DNA of 64,000 nt from Alphaproteobacteria bacterium. GTDB taxonomy: Bacteria; Pseudomonadota; Alphaproteobacteria; SP197. This document shows, in pieces, positions 50,271 through 60,843 of the stretch. The notes under the pieces were generated by a model that saw nothing but the letters and a program-made list of their open reading frames with translations, had not been told where the DNA came from and did not search any database. The position numbers and the translations under genes were made by a program. The stretch lies in assembly GCA_964291415.2 (NCBI GenBank), contig OZ219918.1, forward strand, positions 672,001 through 736,000. The letters run 5' to 3'. Positions within the stretch are counted from its first letter, which is position 1, and the number at the start of each line of letters is the position of its first letter.

Positions 50271-50334
50271 GGCCGACCTGCTGGAGCGGGTGCTGACGAT
50301 GCGCCGGGATGCTGCGGCCTTGGGGTAGGCTGGC

Positions 50335-50419
50335 GCCGCAGCACCCTATCGGGTGTACCGGCCCGGTAACCGGTGTCGTCGGTGAGGCGCTGCATGGTCT
50401 GGGCGGACGGCGCCGCCAT
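50335..50419 (-). pseudogene. AbiEii-like toxin 5' stub
   Basis: MAAPSAQTMQRLTDDTGYRAGTPDRVLR directly after the antitoxin stop, then unrelated sequence. Confidence 0.5.
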
Positions 50420-51238
50420 CTACAGTCCCTCGAAGCAGCGTTCGAGGACGTCGACGGGGAGTATGACGTTCCAGTCCCTGATGGTCTTGCCCTCGCCCGA
50501 TTTGGCACCCAGAACATATCGGGGCTGAGCCGGCATGAGCGCGCGAAGCTCCTCGAACGCAGCATCCGGGATGCCCAGCCGCTCCTGCTCGCGCGGGGAG
50601 TCCAGCCAGAAACCTGCGGCACCGGCTGCGGTGGCCTTGCCAAGGGCGCGCGTGTAGCGGATCAGCGCGGGAGCGTCGATCCGCACCACCAGGTCCAGGG
50701 AGTTGAAGAGTTCCTCCGCGCCGCCGGCCAGATCGTAGCGGTCGAACAGATCGGCAATCGTCCGCTCGATCGTCGTGACCCTGATCTCCTGCCCCAGGCG
50801 GTCGACCGCCGTGACGCCATCCGGAGGCGCGAAGCCGCGCGGCGGCCTGATGAACCGGCAGGCGAAACCGGCTGCCCCGAACATGCCGGGCTCGCCCTCC
50901 GCGATGACCTGCACGTCATGTCCCTCCGTGTAGGCGTAGCCGTGCAGTTCAAGGGCCGAGTGATAGGCGATCGTGCCGCCAAGGCGCAGACGGGAGGCGG
51001 CGAGCAAGCGGTCGACCGACCATGTCGCGGCGTCGGCATGCTTGGGCACCGAGGCGAAGACTCCACGGGCGATGCGCCGGATGTTGCCGGCCTGGAGATG
51101 CTGGGCGAGCATCGCCGTGACGACCTGGGCGAGCATGTGACGACCTTGTCCAGGCTGGCGTCCGACGGCCGCGGCGTACTCCGGCCGCCGGAAGACGGGG
51201 TTGGCGCTGAAGAAGGGCGCGGAGACGAGTCGAGGCAT
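50420..51238 (-). CDS. AbiEi-like type IV antitoxin / regulator
   Basis: IRRIARGVF, IAYHSALELHG, RVTTIERTIADLF, GGAEE. Confidence 0.8.
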   Translation of the reverse strand: MPRLVSAPFFSANPVFRRPEYAAAVGRQPGQGRHMLAQVVTAMLAQHLQAGNIRRIARGVFASVPKHADAATWSVDRLLAASRLRLGGTIAYHSALELHGYAYTEGHDVQVIAEGEPGMFGAAGFACRFIRPPRGFAPPDGVTAVDRLGQEIRVTTIERTIADLFDRYDLAGGAEELFNSLDLVVRIDAPALIRYTRALGKATAAGAAGFWLDSPREQERLGIPDAAFEELRALMPAQPRYVLGAKSGEGKTIRDWNVILPVDVLERCFEGL

Positions 51239-51264
51239 GGCAGCTCGGGAGAGTCATTCAATAG

Positions 51265-51281
51265 TATTGCTTAAAGCAATA
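51265..51281. promoter_or_regulatory. Palindromic operator upstream of the AbiEi-like gene
   Basis: TATTGCTT-A-AAGCAATA, perfect inverted repeat in an AT-rich tract. Confidence 0.55.
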
Positions 51282-51515
51282 TAAGAAATATAGTTTACTC
51301 CGTCATTAACGAAGTCCCATGCATCGACCATATTCTTGGCTGAGCGGGTTTCATCTGCCGAGCCGGACCGCAAGGCGGGTGTCGGCAGTGAGGTGGCGCA
51401 TGCGCCGCCTCCAGACGCCCCATTGATGAATTCACAATGCTGTTGATTCGCTCCATTGTCATACTGCAGGCGTCGTCAGCTTGCCTGAGACGCCGCATGT
51501 CGCATCGACCGTGAC

Positions 51516-51560
51516 CTCATAACCTGAAGGTCGCAGGTTCAAATCCTGCTCCTGCAACCA
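51516..51560 (+). other. 3' half of tRNA-fMet (att-site remnant)
   Basis: CTCATAACCTGAAGGTCGCAGGTTCAAATCCTGCTCCTGCAACCA; no D-arm or 5' acceptor strand. Confidence 0.85.
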
Positions 51561-51751
51561 GCGTCGGCCCGAGAAAAAACTGATGTTTACACGGCCTTTT
51601 CCTTTGCGGGATGGGCGACTTGAAGGCGCTGATGGACGAAGTCTGGCGCTGCATGGAGGCCTGCCAACCTTGGCCCGGAAGCGCTGACGCGCTTGCCAAG
51701 GCATCGGCGGAGCGCATTCGCAATCGCTCATCCAGAGATCGACCACCCAGT

Positions 51752-52738
51752 TTACAAGCACGGGTCGCCGGGACAGCGGTGCACCTCGATCGTGAGGTGC
51801 GCCAGCCCCAGGTTGGAAAGCTGCTTCTTGTACACGGACGGTTCCCTGGGATGGTGCGATACGACCGCGATTTCGGCCGCAAGCAGACCGGGGCCAATCG
51901 ACCAAACGTGCAGGTCGACGACGCGCGTGTCGTGAAGTCTCTCGAGCGATCCGCGAACGTCATCCCGGACCGTAGCAGGCGCCTGCCGATCAAGGAGCGT
52001 CCGGCCGCTGTCACGCAGGAGTCCGTAGGCCCAGTGGGAGACCAGGCAGGCACCGACAATTCCCATGAGGGGATCCATCCAGACCGCCCCGAAGTACTTT
52101 CCGGAGACCAACGCAACGATCGCGAGCAGCGAGGTCAGGGCGTCGGCGAGGACATGGAGATAGGCGCCGCGCAGATTGTGGTCGTGGTGAGCGTGTCCGT
52201 GCCCATGATGGTGGCCATGGTGGTGTCCGTGTCGTTCCGGTCCGTCCTGGTGCGCCTCGGTGCCGTGAGGGGGCGAATCGCGCCTGGTATGGAGAATGAG
52301 TACCGATACTCCGTTCACGATGAGGCCAATGAAGGCAACGGCAATCGCCCCGTCGAACGCGATCGGAACCGGCGCCATCAGGCGCGAAACGCTTTCGACG
52401 GCCATGTACAAGGCGAAACCGACCAGCAGCAGTGCGCTCGTGTAGCCGCCAAGCGAATTGACCTTGCCGGTGCCGAATGCGAAGCCGGGATCGCCGGCGC
52501 GGCGTCGGCAGTAGACATAGGCAAAGACGGCCAGGCCCAGGGCGGCCGCATGGGAGGCCATGTGAAGGCCGTCCGCGAGCAACGCCATCGATCCGAAGCT
52601 GAGGCCGGCCACGACCTCGACCACCATGGTCACGGCGGTCAGAAGGGCGACGATCAGGGTGCGCCTTTCTCCCGGCTGCGGCCGATCAAGGCCGAACGAG
52701 TGGCCGTGCTCCCAGGTTGCGCGTTTCGTCTCATGCAT
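51752..52738 (-). CDS. dmeF: CDF Co/Ni efflux transporter
   Basis: SMALLADGLHMASH, FGTGK, His-rich loop, DHNLRGAYLHVLADALTS. Confidence 0.9.
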   Translation of the reverse strand: MHETKRATWEHGHSFGLDRPQPGERRTLIVALLTAVTMVVEVVAGLSFGSMALLADGLHMASHAAALGLAVFAYVYCRRRAGDPGFAFGTGKVNSLGGYTSALLLVGFALYMAVESVSRLMAPVPIAFDGAIAVAFIGLIVNGVSVLILHTRRDSPPHGTEAHQDGPERHGHHHGHHHGHGHAHHDHNLRGAYLHVLADALTSLLAIVALVSGKYFGAVWMDPLMGIVGACLVSHWAYGLLRDSGRTLLDRQAPATVRDDVRGSLERLHDTRVVDLHVWSIGPGLLAAEIAVVSHHPREPSVYKKQLSNLGLAHLTIEVHRCPGDPCL

Positions 52739-52779
52739 CGCAATGAGCCATGGTGCAGTCCGTCCTATCGTCTCTTGTG

Positions 52780-52920
52780 TCAAGTACCCCACGCGCATGA
52801 CAGGTTGACGAGGGGTTGAAGGCCCGGGGCATGAGGTCGTCAATGCAGGTCTTGGGATATCCGGCGATGATAGCCGCGAGGGTAGCATTGAGCCAGGCGA
52901 AGGGCTCGACGCCGTTCACC
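52780..52920 (-). mobile_element. IS66 transposase 3' remnant
   Basis: NGVEPFAWLNATLAAIIAGYPKTCIDDLMP. Confidence 0.75.
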
Positions 52921-53399
52921 TAGGCAATTTGGCTGGGCGAAGCAATGCGGCCCCGGGCGGAGCCGCCCTCGTCATGGCTGGCGATGAGTGCGCTCTTCTT
53001 CGTCAGGGCCGCAGGCGTGAAGCGATTCTCGACACAGTTGCTGTCCCTCTCAACGCGACCGTGGCCTCCTGCGGCTTGATGCGGACGCGCTGGCCGATGG
53101 TGAACCAGCGCAGCTTGCCGCGCACACGGGGCTGGCGGACGTGATTCGTCCGGACACGGGCGCTGAAGCCGATCAGCTCCTCATCCCGGTCGACGATATC
53201 AGCGCCGTTGGCATCGAGAGGCTCGATACACGCTTGAGCGAGCGGTGCAGCAGCCATAGATTCACTCTGGCCCTGAGTTGCAGGTGTGGAATCTCCCCGC
53301 GATTGTATGGGAGAGAGGGAAAACAGGTCGTTGTTTCGCCAGTTTGGCGGCGCGGGTGTGCTTTGTTGGAGTGCGATGGCAACGCAAGGAAAGCAGACT

Positions 53400-53642
53400 A
53401 TGGAACTGGCCGTCGACATGCGCCTTGACATCACCGGTGATGTCTGTCCGATCACGTTCGTCAGGACGAAACTCATGATCGAGGGCATGGAATCCGGCAT
53501 GGTTGCAGAGGTCCGCCTGAACGAAGGCGAGCCGTTGCAAAACGTGCCGCGCTCGGTCAGGGAACACGGCCATTCCATCCTGTCGCTGGAACCGGAAGAC
53601 GGAACGGCCGGCGTGTGGCGGCTTCTTCTGAGGAAGGAGTAA
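53400..53642 (+). CDS. TusA/SirA-family sulfurtransferase
   Basis: LDITGDVCPITFVRTKL, NVPRS. Confidence 0.88.
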   Translation: MELAVDMRLDITGDVCPITFVRTKLMIEGMESGMVAEVRLNEGEPLQNVPRSVREHGHSILSLEPEDGTAGVWRLLLRKE

Positions 53643-53652
53643 GGACCTGGTT

Positions 53653-54075
53653 TCAGGTGCAGTCGCCCCGGATCTCGCACAGACAGGATTCCTCCTTGCC
53701 GCCGAGTGCCTCCGCGTGGCGTACGCCATCCGGGTAGACAAAGACGAGCAGGCTGCAGGACGCGCCGTCGTAGCGCCACATCCTGGCGCTGCCCTCGGTC
53801 CATACGAAGGCCGGATCGCCGAGCATGTCGACCACCTCGCTTTCCTGCAGGCCGGCGAGGTCCCTGGCAGCCGTGGCTTCCTCGATTGCCAGTGACGCGT
53901 CGTCAGGACCGGCGACCCCGGCGGCGGTCTCACTGACGGCCGCCGTCGAGCCGGTCCCGGCAAAGGGATTGCAGGCCGCCAGCGCCAGGACGCATGCCAG
54001 AAACAGGGCAGATGACGGAGTGGGACATCGCCGGTCAGGCCGTGTCATCCCGGCCTCCGTCAAGGGACCGGACAT
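53653..54075 (-). CDS. Hypothetical lipoprotein
   Basis: LALAAC lipobox; LGDPAF...MWRYDGASCSLLVF. Confidence 0.7.
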   Translation of the reverse strand: MSGPLTEAGMTRPDRRCPTPSSALFLACVLALAACNPFAGTGSTAAVSETAAGVAGPDDASLAIEEATAARDLAGLQESEVVDMLGDPAFVWTEGSARMWRYDGASCSLLVFVYPDGVRHAEALGGKEESCLCEIRGDCT

Positions 54076-54111
54076 GGTGAAGGGTGGTCGGCCACATCGC
54101 CGGAGAGGGGG

Positions 54112-54837
54112 CTAGCCGGTGGATGGAGTCCAGGCCGTCGCATCGGAGTTCCTGTGAAACATATGGGTCATGGCGATCGCGGCAATGACGGGCATGGCGA
54201 GATTGAGAAGGGGAACGCTCATGCCGGCGGTGATGACGGCGCCCGAGGCGAGCAGGCGCCAGCGGTGCCGCTTGCGCCAGGCGTCCGAGTCGCGGCGGGC
54301 GAGGCGCCGCAGCAACACGATCTCGGCGTACTCCCGGGCGAAGAGAACGCTGTTGACGATCCAGAAGACGACGATCGACAGGCCGGGGATGAGAATTGCG
54401 GCAAGATAGAGCGGTACGGCGGCGAGATTGACGAGCAGCAGCCAGCCGACAAAGCGAAGGGACGCGACGATGTCTGCCGCCACCGTCGTTCCCCGCGCAC
54501 GAGGCAGATGCGGGTAGTCGGTTTCCTCGACGCGCGAGACGATGCCATCGAGAAAGAGCGATGCCACGGTCTGCACGACGACGACGAACGTGAACCAGAC
54601 GAGGGCCACGGCGCCCAGCGTGGCCACGACGAAGACGACGCCATCGGCCAGCCAGCCGGGCATCCAGGTGACTTGGGATTCGACCCAGGAGCCGGGGTCT
54701 GAAGCCATCGCGCCGCCGATGACCAGAGCGACGAGAACCGAAGACGCAACGGCACTGGTCAGCGCAATGAGAACCAGGCTGCGGCGGATCCTGCCGTCAC
54801 GCAGGTTGACGGCAATCCTGCCTGGAATGTCAAGCAC
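54112..54837 (-). CDS. EI24/CysZ-domain membrane protein
   Basis: Transmembrane helices; SLFLDGIVSRVE..DYP; FAREY; VPLLNL; GTG start inferred. Confidence 0.8.
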   Translation of the reverse strand: MLDIPGRIAVNLRDGRIRRSLVLIALTSAVASSVLVALVIGGAMASDPGSWVESQVTWMPGWLADGVVFVVATLGAVALVWFTFVVVVQTVASLFLDGIVSRVEETDYPHLPRARGTTVAADIVASLRFVGWLLLVNLAAVPLYLAAILIPGLSIVVFWIVNSVLFAREYAEIVLLRRLARRDSDAWRKRHRWRLLASGAVITAGMSVPLLNLAMPVIAAIAMTHMFHRNSDATAWTPSTG

Positions 54838-56296
54838 GGTGGCGGCCGTCGGCCGGCTCCGGATCGGGGTAACGACCGGGTGTGCCGCGGGGATCGATGG
54901 GCAGGTGAACGGCAATGTCCAGGGCGCGTTCGGCGACGGCGGCCCAGCCCAGAACACGTCCGTCGCTGTGTGAGGGACCGACCAGCTGCAATCCGACAGG
55001 CAGCCCGCCATCGGTGAATCCGCAGGGAATCGAGATAGCGGGGGACGATGTCAGCGTGATCACGGAGGTGATCATGATCCAGTCCACATAGTTGTCGAAC
55101 CGGTGGCCGTCGAGCTCGCTGAGGTAGCGTTCGTGGGTGGCGATGGCCGGGACGATGGTCGAGGGCAGCGCGAGGAGGTCGAAGGTCTCGAAGAATGCCG
55201 TCATCCTCTGGTACAGCGCGCCCCGGATGCGGGTCGCCCGCATGATCTCGGCGATGCCGAGTTCAAGTCCCTTCTGGATGTTCCAGACATTCTCCGGCTT
55301 CAGCTTGTCACGGTGGTGGAGGAGATCATCTTCGTGGCCGGTGGCGAAGCCGATGGCCCGCAGGGTATGGAACGCTTCCGGCGCATCGGAAAAGTCAATT
55401 GCCGCTGGTGCGATGTCGCTTCCCAATTCTGCAAGGCGATCCAGGGCTTCCCGGCACAACCGGTCGACGTCCCGCGCCACCGGCGTGATGCCGAGATCCG
55501 GCGAGTAGCCGATGCGCCGCGGCACATCTCCCCGGTCGAGGGCTCCGCGGACCTGGTCCAGCCAGGAGACCGGCGGCGCCGGGCGCGCCAGGGGATCGCG
55601 CTCGTCGACTCCCGACATCGCGTCGAGCAGGAGCGCCGTGTCGGCGACGTTGCGCGCCAGAGGGCCGGTGACCGAAAGATCCTGGAAGGCGTCCGGTACG
55701 GGCCCGCGGGTGACGACGCCGGGGCTCGGCCGAAATCCCGTCACGCCGCAGAAGCTCGCCGGAATGCGCAGACTGCCGCCGAGATCGGAACCGGTCGCCA
55801 GAGGCACCTGTCCGCTGGCCAGCGCGGCCGCCGATCCGCCGGAGGATCCGCCAGCCGAGGCCGCCATGTCCCAGGGGTTTCTCGTCACCCCGAGAACCTC
55901 GTTGAAACTGTTGCCGCCGGCGCCGAACTCCGGAACGTTGGACTTGCCGACGACGATGGCGCCGCGGCTTTCCAGGCGCGTCACCATGAGATCCGAGGCC
56001 GCCGGCACGTGGTCTGCCCAGATCGGGGACCCGTAGGTGGTCCGCACGCCGGCGACATCCTCGAGATCCTTGATGGCGACCGGAAGACCGTGGAGCGGAC
56101 CCGGGGCACCGCCGGGCTCGAGGCTCCGTGCATGGTCCCGGGCTCGGTCGAAACAGCGGGTCGGCATGGCGTTGAGACCACCGTCAGTCGCCTCGATGCG
56201 GGCGATGCAATCCTCGACGAGTTCGAGCGGGGTTACTTCCCTGCGGCGCAGCAGACCGGCGGCTTCCGTCGCCGTCATTCTCCAGAGATCTGCCAT
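54830..56296 (-). CDS. Amidase (signature family)
   Basis: GLPVAIKD, GGSSGGS, GSDLGGSLRIPASFCG, GLPVGLQ. Confidence 0.93.
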   Translation of the reverse strand: MADLWRMTATEAAGLLRRREVTPLELVEDCIARIEATDGGLNAMPTRCFDRARDHARSLEPGGAPGPLHGLPVAIKDLEDVAGVRTTYGSPIWADHVPAASDLMVTRLESRGAIVVGKSNVPEFGAGGNSFNEVLGVTRNPWDMAASAGGSSGGSAAALASGQVPLATGSDLGGSLRIPASFCGVTGFRPSPGVVTRGPVPDAFQDLSVTGPLARNVADTALLLDAMSGVDERDPLARPAPPVSWLDQVRGALDRGDVPRRIGYSPDLGITPVARDVDRLCREALDRLAELGSDIAPAAIDFSDAPEAFHTLRAIGFATGHEDDLLHHRDKLKPENVWNIQKGLELGIAEIMRATRIRGALYQRMTAFFETFDLLALPSTIVPAIATHERYLSELDGHRFDNYVDWIMITSVITLTSSPAISIPCGFTDGGLPVGLQLVGPSHSDGRVLGWAAVAERALDIAVHLPIDPRGTPGRYPDPEPADGRHRA

Positions 56297-56425
56297 CGGT
56301 GCCTTCCGCGCGTAGAGGCCATGCCGGAGCGAGTATGGTGCCGGCGCGTGTTCCCCGGCAAGGCTTGCCAGAAAGTGCTCCACATCTATACTCGCCGCCG
56401 CCGGCAACAGGTGCCTTCAACTCGC

Positions 56426-57412
56426 ATGAATCAGCCACGCATCGATGTTCTTGGCATCGGCAACGCCATCGTCGACATCGTTGCTGAGGTCGATGAGTCC
56501 TTTCTGGCGGATTTCGACCTCGCCAAGGACACCATGCACCTTGTCGATCACGGCACGGCGACGAGGCTTCTCGACGCCTGTGAGCCCGTCACGATGATGT
56601 CAGGCGGCTCCGTGGCCAACACGATTGCCGGCCTCGCCGCGATCGGCGGCAGCGGCGGATTTGTCGGCAGGGTGAAGGATGACGCGCTCGGGCGGCGCTT
56701 CGCCGGGGATCTCAATTCCCAGGGCGTCGTCTTCGCCGCCCGTGCGGCGGCCGACGGGCCGGAAACCGGACGATCCCTCGTTCTCGTGACGCCGGACAGC
56801 CATCGCACCATGTGCACATGGCTCGGTGCGTCGCTTGATCTCGGCGTCGCCGACCTCCGGTCGGACACCATGGCCGCACGGGTCGTTCTGCTCGAGGGCT
56901 ATCTCCTGGATGCGCCCGAAGGGCAGGAGGTGTTCGCCAGGGCGGCCTCGATGGCCGCTGCAGCCGGGGCCAAGGTCGCGATGTCACTCTCCGATGCGGC
57001 ATGCGTGGATCGCCACCGGGACAATCTGCGCCCGTTCCTGCACGATCATGTCGATATCGTCTTCGCCAACGAGGCCGAAACGCTCTCGCTTTTTCCCGGC
57101 GAGACCTTTGCGGCAGCGTCCGGCTGTCTCGCGCAAGAGGTTTCCATCGCCGTCATCACGCGCAGCGAGAAGGGCTCCATGGTCTTCTCGCCCGGGTCGG
57201 TCTTCGAAATCGAATCCGTCACCACCAAGGTGATCGACGCCACGGGTGCCGGTGATCTCTATGCCGCGGGTTTCCTCTACGGTTACACCCAGGATCTCAG
57301 TCTCGACCGGGCGGCACGCATCGCCAGTGTCTGCGCCAGCGAGGTGATCGGCCAGTTTGGCGCCCGTGTCACGAACGACCTGCGTGCCTCCATTGCCAGG
57401 ACACTGGGATAG
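56426..57412 (+). CDS. PfkB-family (adenosine) kinase
   Basis: GIGNAIVD, SGGSVAN, FANEAE, DATGAGD. Confidence 0.9.
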   Translation: MNQPRIDVLGIGNAIVDIVAEVDESFLADFDLAKDTMHLVDHGTATRLLDACEPVTMMSGGSVANTIAGLAAIGGSGGFVGRVKDDALGRRFAGDLNSQGVVFAARAAADGPETGRSLVLVTPDSHRTMCTWLGASLDLGVADLRSDTMAARVVLLEGYLLDAPEGQEVFARAASMAAAAGAKVAMSLSDAACVDRHRDNLRPFLHDHVDIVFANEAETLSLFPGETFAAASGCLAQEVSIAVITRSEKGSMVFSPGSVFEIESVTTKVIDATGAGDLYAAGFLYGYTQDLSLDRAARIASVCASEVIGQFGARVTNDLRASIARTLG

Positions 57413-57439
57413 ACAACGCACCAGAAAGGGAGCGTCTCC

Positions 57440-58090
57440 ATGACCGCCATTGAACTCATCACGTCCCACGTCTGTCCGTTCGCCCAGCGAACCCACATGG
57501 CGCTCATCGAAAAGGGGCTGGAATTCTCGGTTCGCGAGGTGGATCTCTCCAACAAGCCCGCCTGGTTCGAGGAGGTCTCGCCGACGTCAAAGGTGCCGGT
57601 GGTCAAGATCGCCGACGAGATCGTCTGGGAATCCGCGATCGCCAACGAATACATCGAGGACAAGTTCCCGGATGTGCCCCTGTTGCCCGACGATCCCTGG
57701 TTGCGGGCCCAGGCGCGCATCTGGATCGATTACTGCAACACCCGCTGGATCGAGGACTTCTACGCGCTGCTGGGAGCGAAGGACGCGGAGAGTCAGAAGG
57801 ATCTCGGTGACCGGGTGAGACAGGATCTCCGCGACATGGAATCGAAGGGCATGGCGGCCCTGTCCTCAGGGCCCTTCTGGCTGGGCTCGTCGGTCAGCCT
57901 CGTCGATCTCGCCTTCTGGCCGTTCTTCGAGCGGTTTCCACTGCTCTCCCACTACCGCCAGGTCACCATTCCGGAAGACTGCCGGCGTCTTCTGCGCTGG
58001 TGTGATGACATGGCGGCACGTCCCTCGGCACGCCAGACCATGCACGACGCCTCCTGGTACATCGAGCGCTACAAGTCCCGGGCTGCCTGA
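57440..58090 (+). CDS. Glutathione S-transferase (omega-like)
   Basis: CPFAQR, KVPV, WESAI, SLVDLAFWPFFER. Confidence 0.92.
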   Translation: MTAIELITSHVCPFAQRTHMALIEKGLEFSVREVDLSNKPAWFEEVSPTSKVPVVKIADEIVWESAIANEYIEDKFPDVPLLPDDPWLRAQARIWIDYCNTRWIEDFYALLGAKDAESQKDLGDRVRQDLRDMESKGMAALSSGPFWLGSSVSLVDLAFWPFFERFPLLSHYRQVTIPEDCRRLLRWCDDMAARPSARQTMHDASWYIERYKSRAA

Positions 58091-58107
58091 CGGCGGGCGA
58101 GGGCACC

Positions 58108-58707
58108 ATGTTCTATGAACCCGCCAAGGGGCACGGGCTCGACCGTGATCCGTTCAAGGCACTCGTGGCGCCACGTCCCATCGGCTGGTTCACCACGCTC
58201 AATGGCGATGGGTCGGTCAACCTGGCGCCCTACAGCTACTTCAATGCCATGGCAGATGACCCTCCTGTGGTCTGTTTCTCGTCCGGCGGTTCGGAACGCA
58301 ACAAGGACACCGCCCGCAATGCGGCCGAAACCGGAGAGTTCGTGCACAACCTGGTGACCCGGTCGTTGCGCGACGCCATGAACATCTCGGCGCGAGAGGT
58401 GCCTGCGGGCGTCGACGAGACGAGGCTCGCCGGACTGGAACTGGCGCCCTCGGTGGTGGTGTCGACGCCTCGTGTGGCTGCAAGTCCGGTTGCTTTCGAG
58501 TGCCGTTATCTGAAGACACTGGAGATTCCGCAGAACGGCACCCCGAGCCTGGTGGTGTTCGGCGAGGTGGTCGGCATTCACATCGACGACGACGCCATCG
58601 CCTCAGGCCGCTTCGATCCCGAGGCCCTGGGGGTCATCGCCCGCCTCGGCTACGCCAACTACGCCATCGTCGGTGGTACGTTCCGTATGGAACGGCTGGA
58701 CCCTTGA
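58108..58707 (+). CDS. Flavin reductase family protein
   Basis: VAPRPIGW, NLAPYSYFN, KDTARN, ARLG. Confidence 0.9.
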   Translation: MFYEPAKGHGLDRDPFKALVAPRPIGWFTTLNGDGSVNLAPYSYFNAMADDPPVVCFSSGGSERNKDTARNAAETGEFVHNLVTRSLRDAMNISAREVPAGVDETRLAGLELAPSVVVSTPRVAASPVAFECRYLKTLEIPQNGTPSLVVFGEVVGIHIDDDAIASGRFDPEALGVIARLGYANYAIVGGTFRMERLDP

Positions 58708-58775
58708 GAACCGTGCGCGGGGGATTGATCGCGACCCGGCCGCATGATCTTCTTGCCTCAAGACGGAGTTGATCG

Positions 58776-59888
58776 ATGCTTCTTGGAGTACCCAGAGAGA
58801 TCAAGAATCACGAGTACCGCGTTGGCATGACGCCGGCTTCGGTGAGGGAGCTCACCGGACGTGATCACGCCGTGCTCGTCGAGAAGGGCGCCGGCCGCGG
58901 CATCGGGCTGACCGACAGCATGTACGTGCGCGCCGGTGCAGAGATTGTGGATACCCCGGAAGAGATCTTCGCCCGGGCGGAGATGATCGTGAAGGTGAAG
59001 GAGCCGCAACCCGACGAATGCCGCATGCTGCGCCGGGGCCAGATTCTCTTCACCTACCTTCACCTTGCGCCGGACCCGCTGCAGACGCAGTTGCTCGTCG
59101 AATCGGGCTGCACCGCCATTGCCTACGAGACGGTCTCCGACATGAATGGTGGATTGCCGCTCCTGGCGCCGATGAGCGAGGTCGCCGGGCGCATGTCCAT
59201 CCAGGCCGCCTGTCACTGCCTCGAGAAGGCCCAGCATGGCGCCGGCGTCCTCCTGGGGGGAGTTCCCGGCGTGGCGCCGGGGAAGGTGGTCGTCATTGGT
59301 GGTGGTGTGGTGGGCACCCACGCGGCGCGCATGGCAATTGGCCTCGGTGCGGATGTGACGGTCTTCGACCGTTCGATTGCCCGGTTGCGGCAACTCGATG
59401 AACTGCTGGGAGCACGAGCCAGGATCCTCTATTCGACGACCGATGCCCTCGAGGAGCATGTCCTTGCCGCAGACGCTGTCATCGGCGCTGTTCTCATTCC
59501 CGGCGCCGCAGCACCGAAGCTCGTGACCGAACGCCACATTCGCCGGATGCGCCGCGGTTCGGTGGTGGTCGACGTCGCCATCGACCAGGGAGGCTGTTTC
59601 GAGACAAGCCGGCCGACGACCCATGCCAAGCCCACCTACCGGGTCCATGGCGTCGTCCACTACTGTGTCGCCAACATGCCAGGCGGCGTGGCCCGGACAT
59701 CGACCTTCGCCCTCAACAACGCGACCCTGCCCTATATCATCCAGCTTGCGGACAGGGGCTGGCAGCGCGCCTGCCGGGTCGATCCCTTCCTGTGCGATGG
59801 CCTCAATGTCCACGACGGAAAGATCGTCTACAAGGCGGTGGCCGACGCCCTCGACTACCCGTTCGTCGATCCTGCGGACATTCTCTGA
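58776..59888 (+). CDS. ald: Alanine dehydrogenase
   Basis: [41 protein letters not shown]. Confidence 0.96.
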   Translation: MLLGVPREIKNHEYRVGMTPASVRELTGRDHAVLVEKGAGRGIGLTDSMYVRAGAEIVDTPEEIFARAEMIVKVKEPQPDECRMLRRGQILFTYLHLAPDPLQTQLLVESGCTAIAYETVSDMNGGLPLLAPMSEVAGRMSIQAACHCLEKAQHGAGVLLGGVPGVAPGKVVVIGGGVVGTHAARMAIGLGADVTVFDRSIARLRQLDELLGARARILYSTTDALEEHVLAADAVIGAVLIPGAAAPKLVTERHIRRMRRGSVVVDVAIDQGGCFETSRPTTHAKPTYRVHGVVHYCVANMPGGVARTSTFALNNATLPYIIQLADRGWQRACRVDPFLCDGLNVHDGKIVYKAVADALDYPFVDPADIL

Positions 59889-59925
59889 CGCCGGGTTGCC
59901 AACGACACTCCTGTGAATTCGCGGA

Positions 59926-60843
59926 TCAGTCGCGCCGTGGCGGCTGCTTGAGCCCCTCGAGCATCACCATCAGGTTCTCATCGCGCCAGCGTTCGAGATC
60001 GTCGATGTCGAGATGGCCGTACATGGCGTCGACGGCGCCGACGAGTTCTTCTCTCGCCTTGTCGCCGCGCTTCCAGCCGAAGTGGTCGATCATGTGACGA
60101 ACGCCGCCCTTGCCGCCACCGAGGTGGTAGCACGTCGCCGGTCCGGCAAAGGCCCATCTCAGTCCCGGGCCTGCCGTCATCGCCGTGTCGATGTCCCGGT
60201 AGGTGCAGATCCCCTCATCCACAAGGGCCGCTGCTTCCTCGAAGACGACATGCTGCAGGCGGTTGGCGATGTAGGCTTCGATCTCCCGGCGGAGTGTGAG
60301 AGTCGTCTTGCCGACGGATTCGTAGAAGGCCGAAGCCCACGACACGACATCCCCGGCTGTTCGGCTGCCCGCGACCACCTCCACCAGGGGTATGAGATAG
60401 CTGGGTGCGAAGGGATGGCCGATGATGACCCTTTCGGGGTGCTGGCAACGCGACTGGAGACGTGTCGGCAGGAAGGCCGATGACGAACTCGCCAGTACCG
60501 TTTCGGCCGGGGCGGCGGCATCCATGGCCTCGAACAGCGCAATCTTGAGATCTTCCCGGTCGGGCGCGCTCTCCTGGACGAAGTCCGCGTCCTTCACCGC
60601 TTCCTCCATCGACTCAACGAAGCGGAATCGGTCCCTGGAGGCACCCTTGGCCAGTCCGAGGCGTTCAAGAAAAGGCCAGGCCTGGTCGATGATGCGACGG
60701 GCGCTGGTCTCGCCATCGGGCGCCGGATCGCTCATCACCACGTCGCGGCCGGCGCCGAGAAAGACGGCGGCCCATCCGGCGCCGATGTAGCCGCCGCCGA
60801 CGCAGGCGATGTTCATGGCGCGTGCCGGTGCTGGTCGTGTCAT
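59926..60843 (-). CDS. 3-hydroxyacyl-CoA dehydrogenase (carnitine dehydrogenase-like)
   Basis: [34 protein letters not shown]. Confidence 0.88.
   Translation of the reverse strand: MTRPAPARAMNIACVGGGYIGAGWAAVFLGAGRDVVMSDPAPDGETSARRIIDQAWPFLERLGLAKGASRDRFRFVESMEEAVKDADFVQESAPDREDLKIALFEAMDAAAPAETVLASSSSAFLPTRLQSRCQHPERVIIGHPFAPSYLIPLVEVVAGSRTAGDVVSWASAFYESVGKTTLTLRREIEAYIANRLQHVVFEEAAALVDEGICTYRDIDTAMTAGPGLRWAFAGPATCYHLGGGKGGVRHMIDHFGWKRGDKAREELVGAVDAMYGHLDIDDLERWRDENLMVMLEGLKQPPRRD

Noticed and set aside
51480-51560. Complete tRNA-Met gene
   Set aside because: 5' acceptor strand and D-arm are missing; reported as an att remnant.
52990-53260. Possible minus-strand gene fragment
   Set aside because: Protein-like, but no recognisable family or clear start.
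55103-56425. 769-aa fusion with the PfkB kinase (likewise the 642-aa hldD and 467-aa dehydrogenase extensions)
   Set aside because: The upstream parts are open frames overlapping neighbouring genes, not real fusions.
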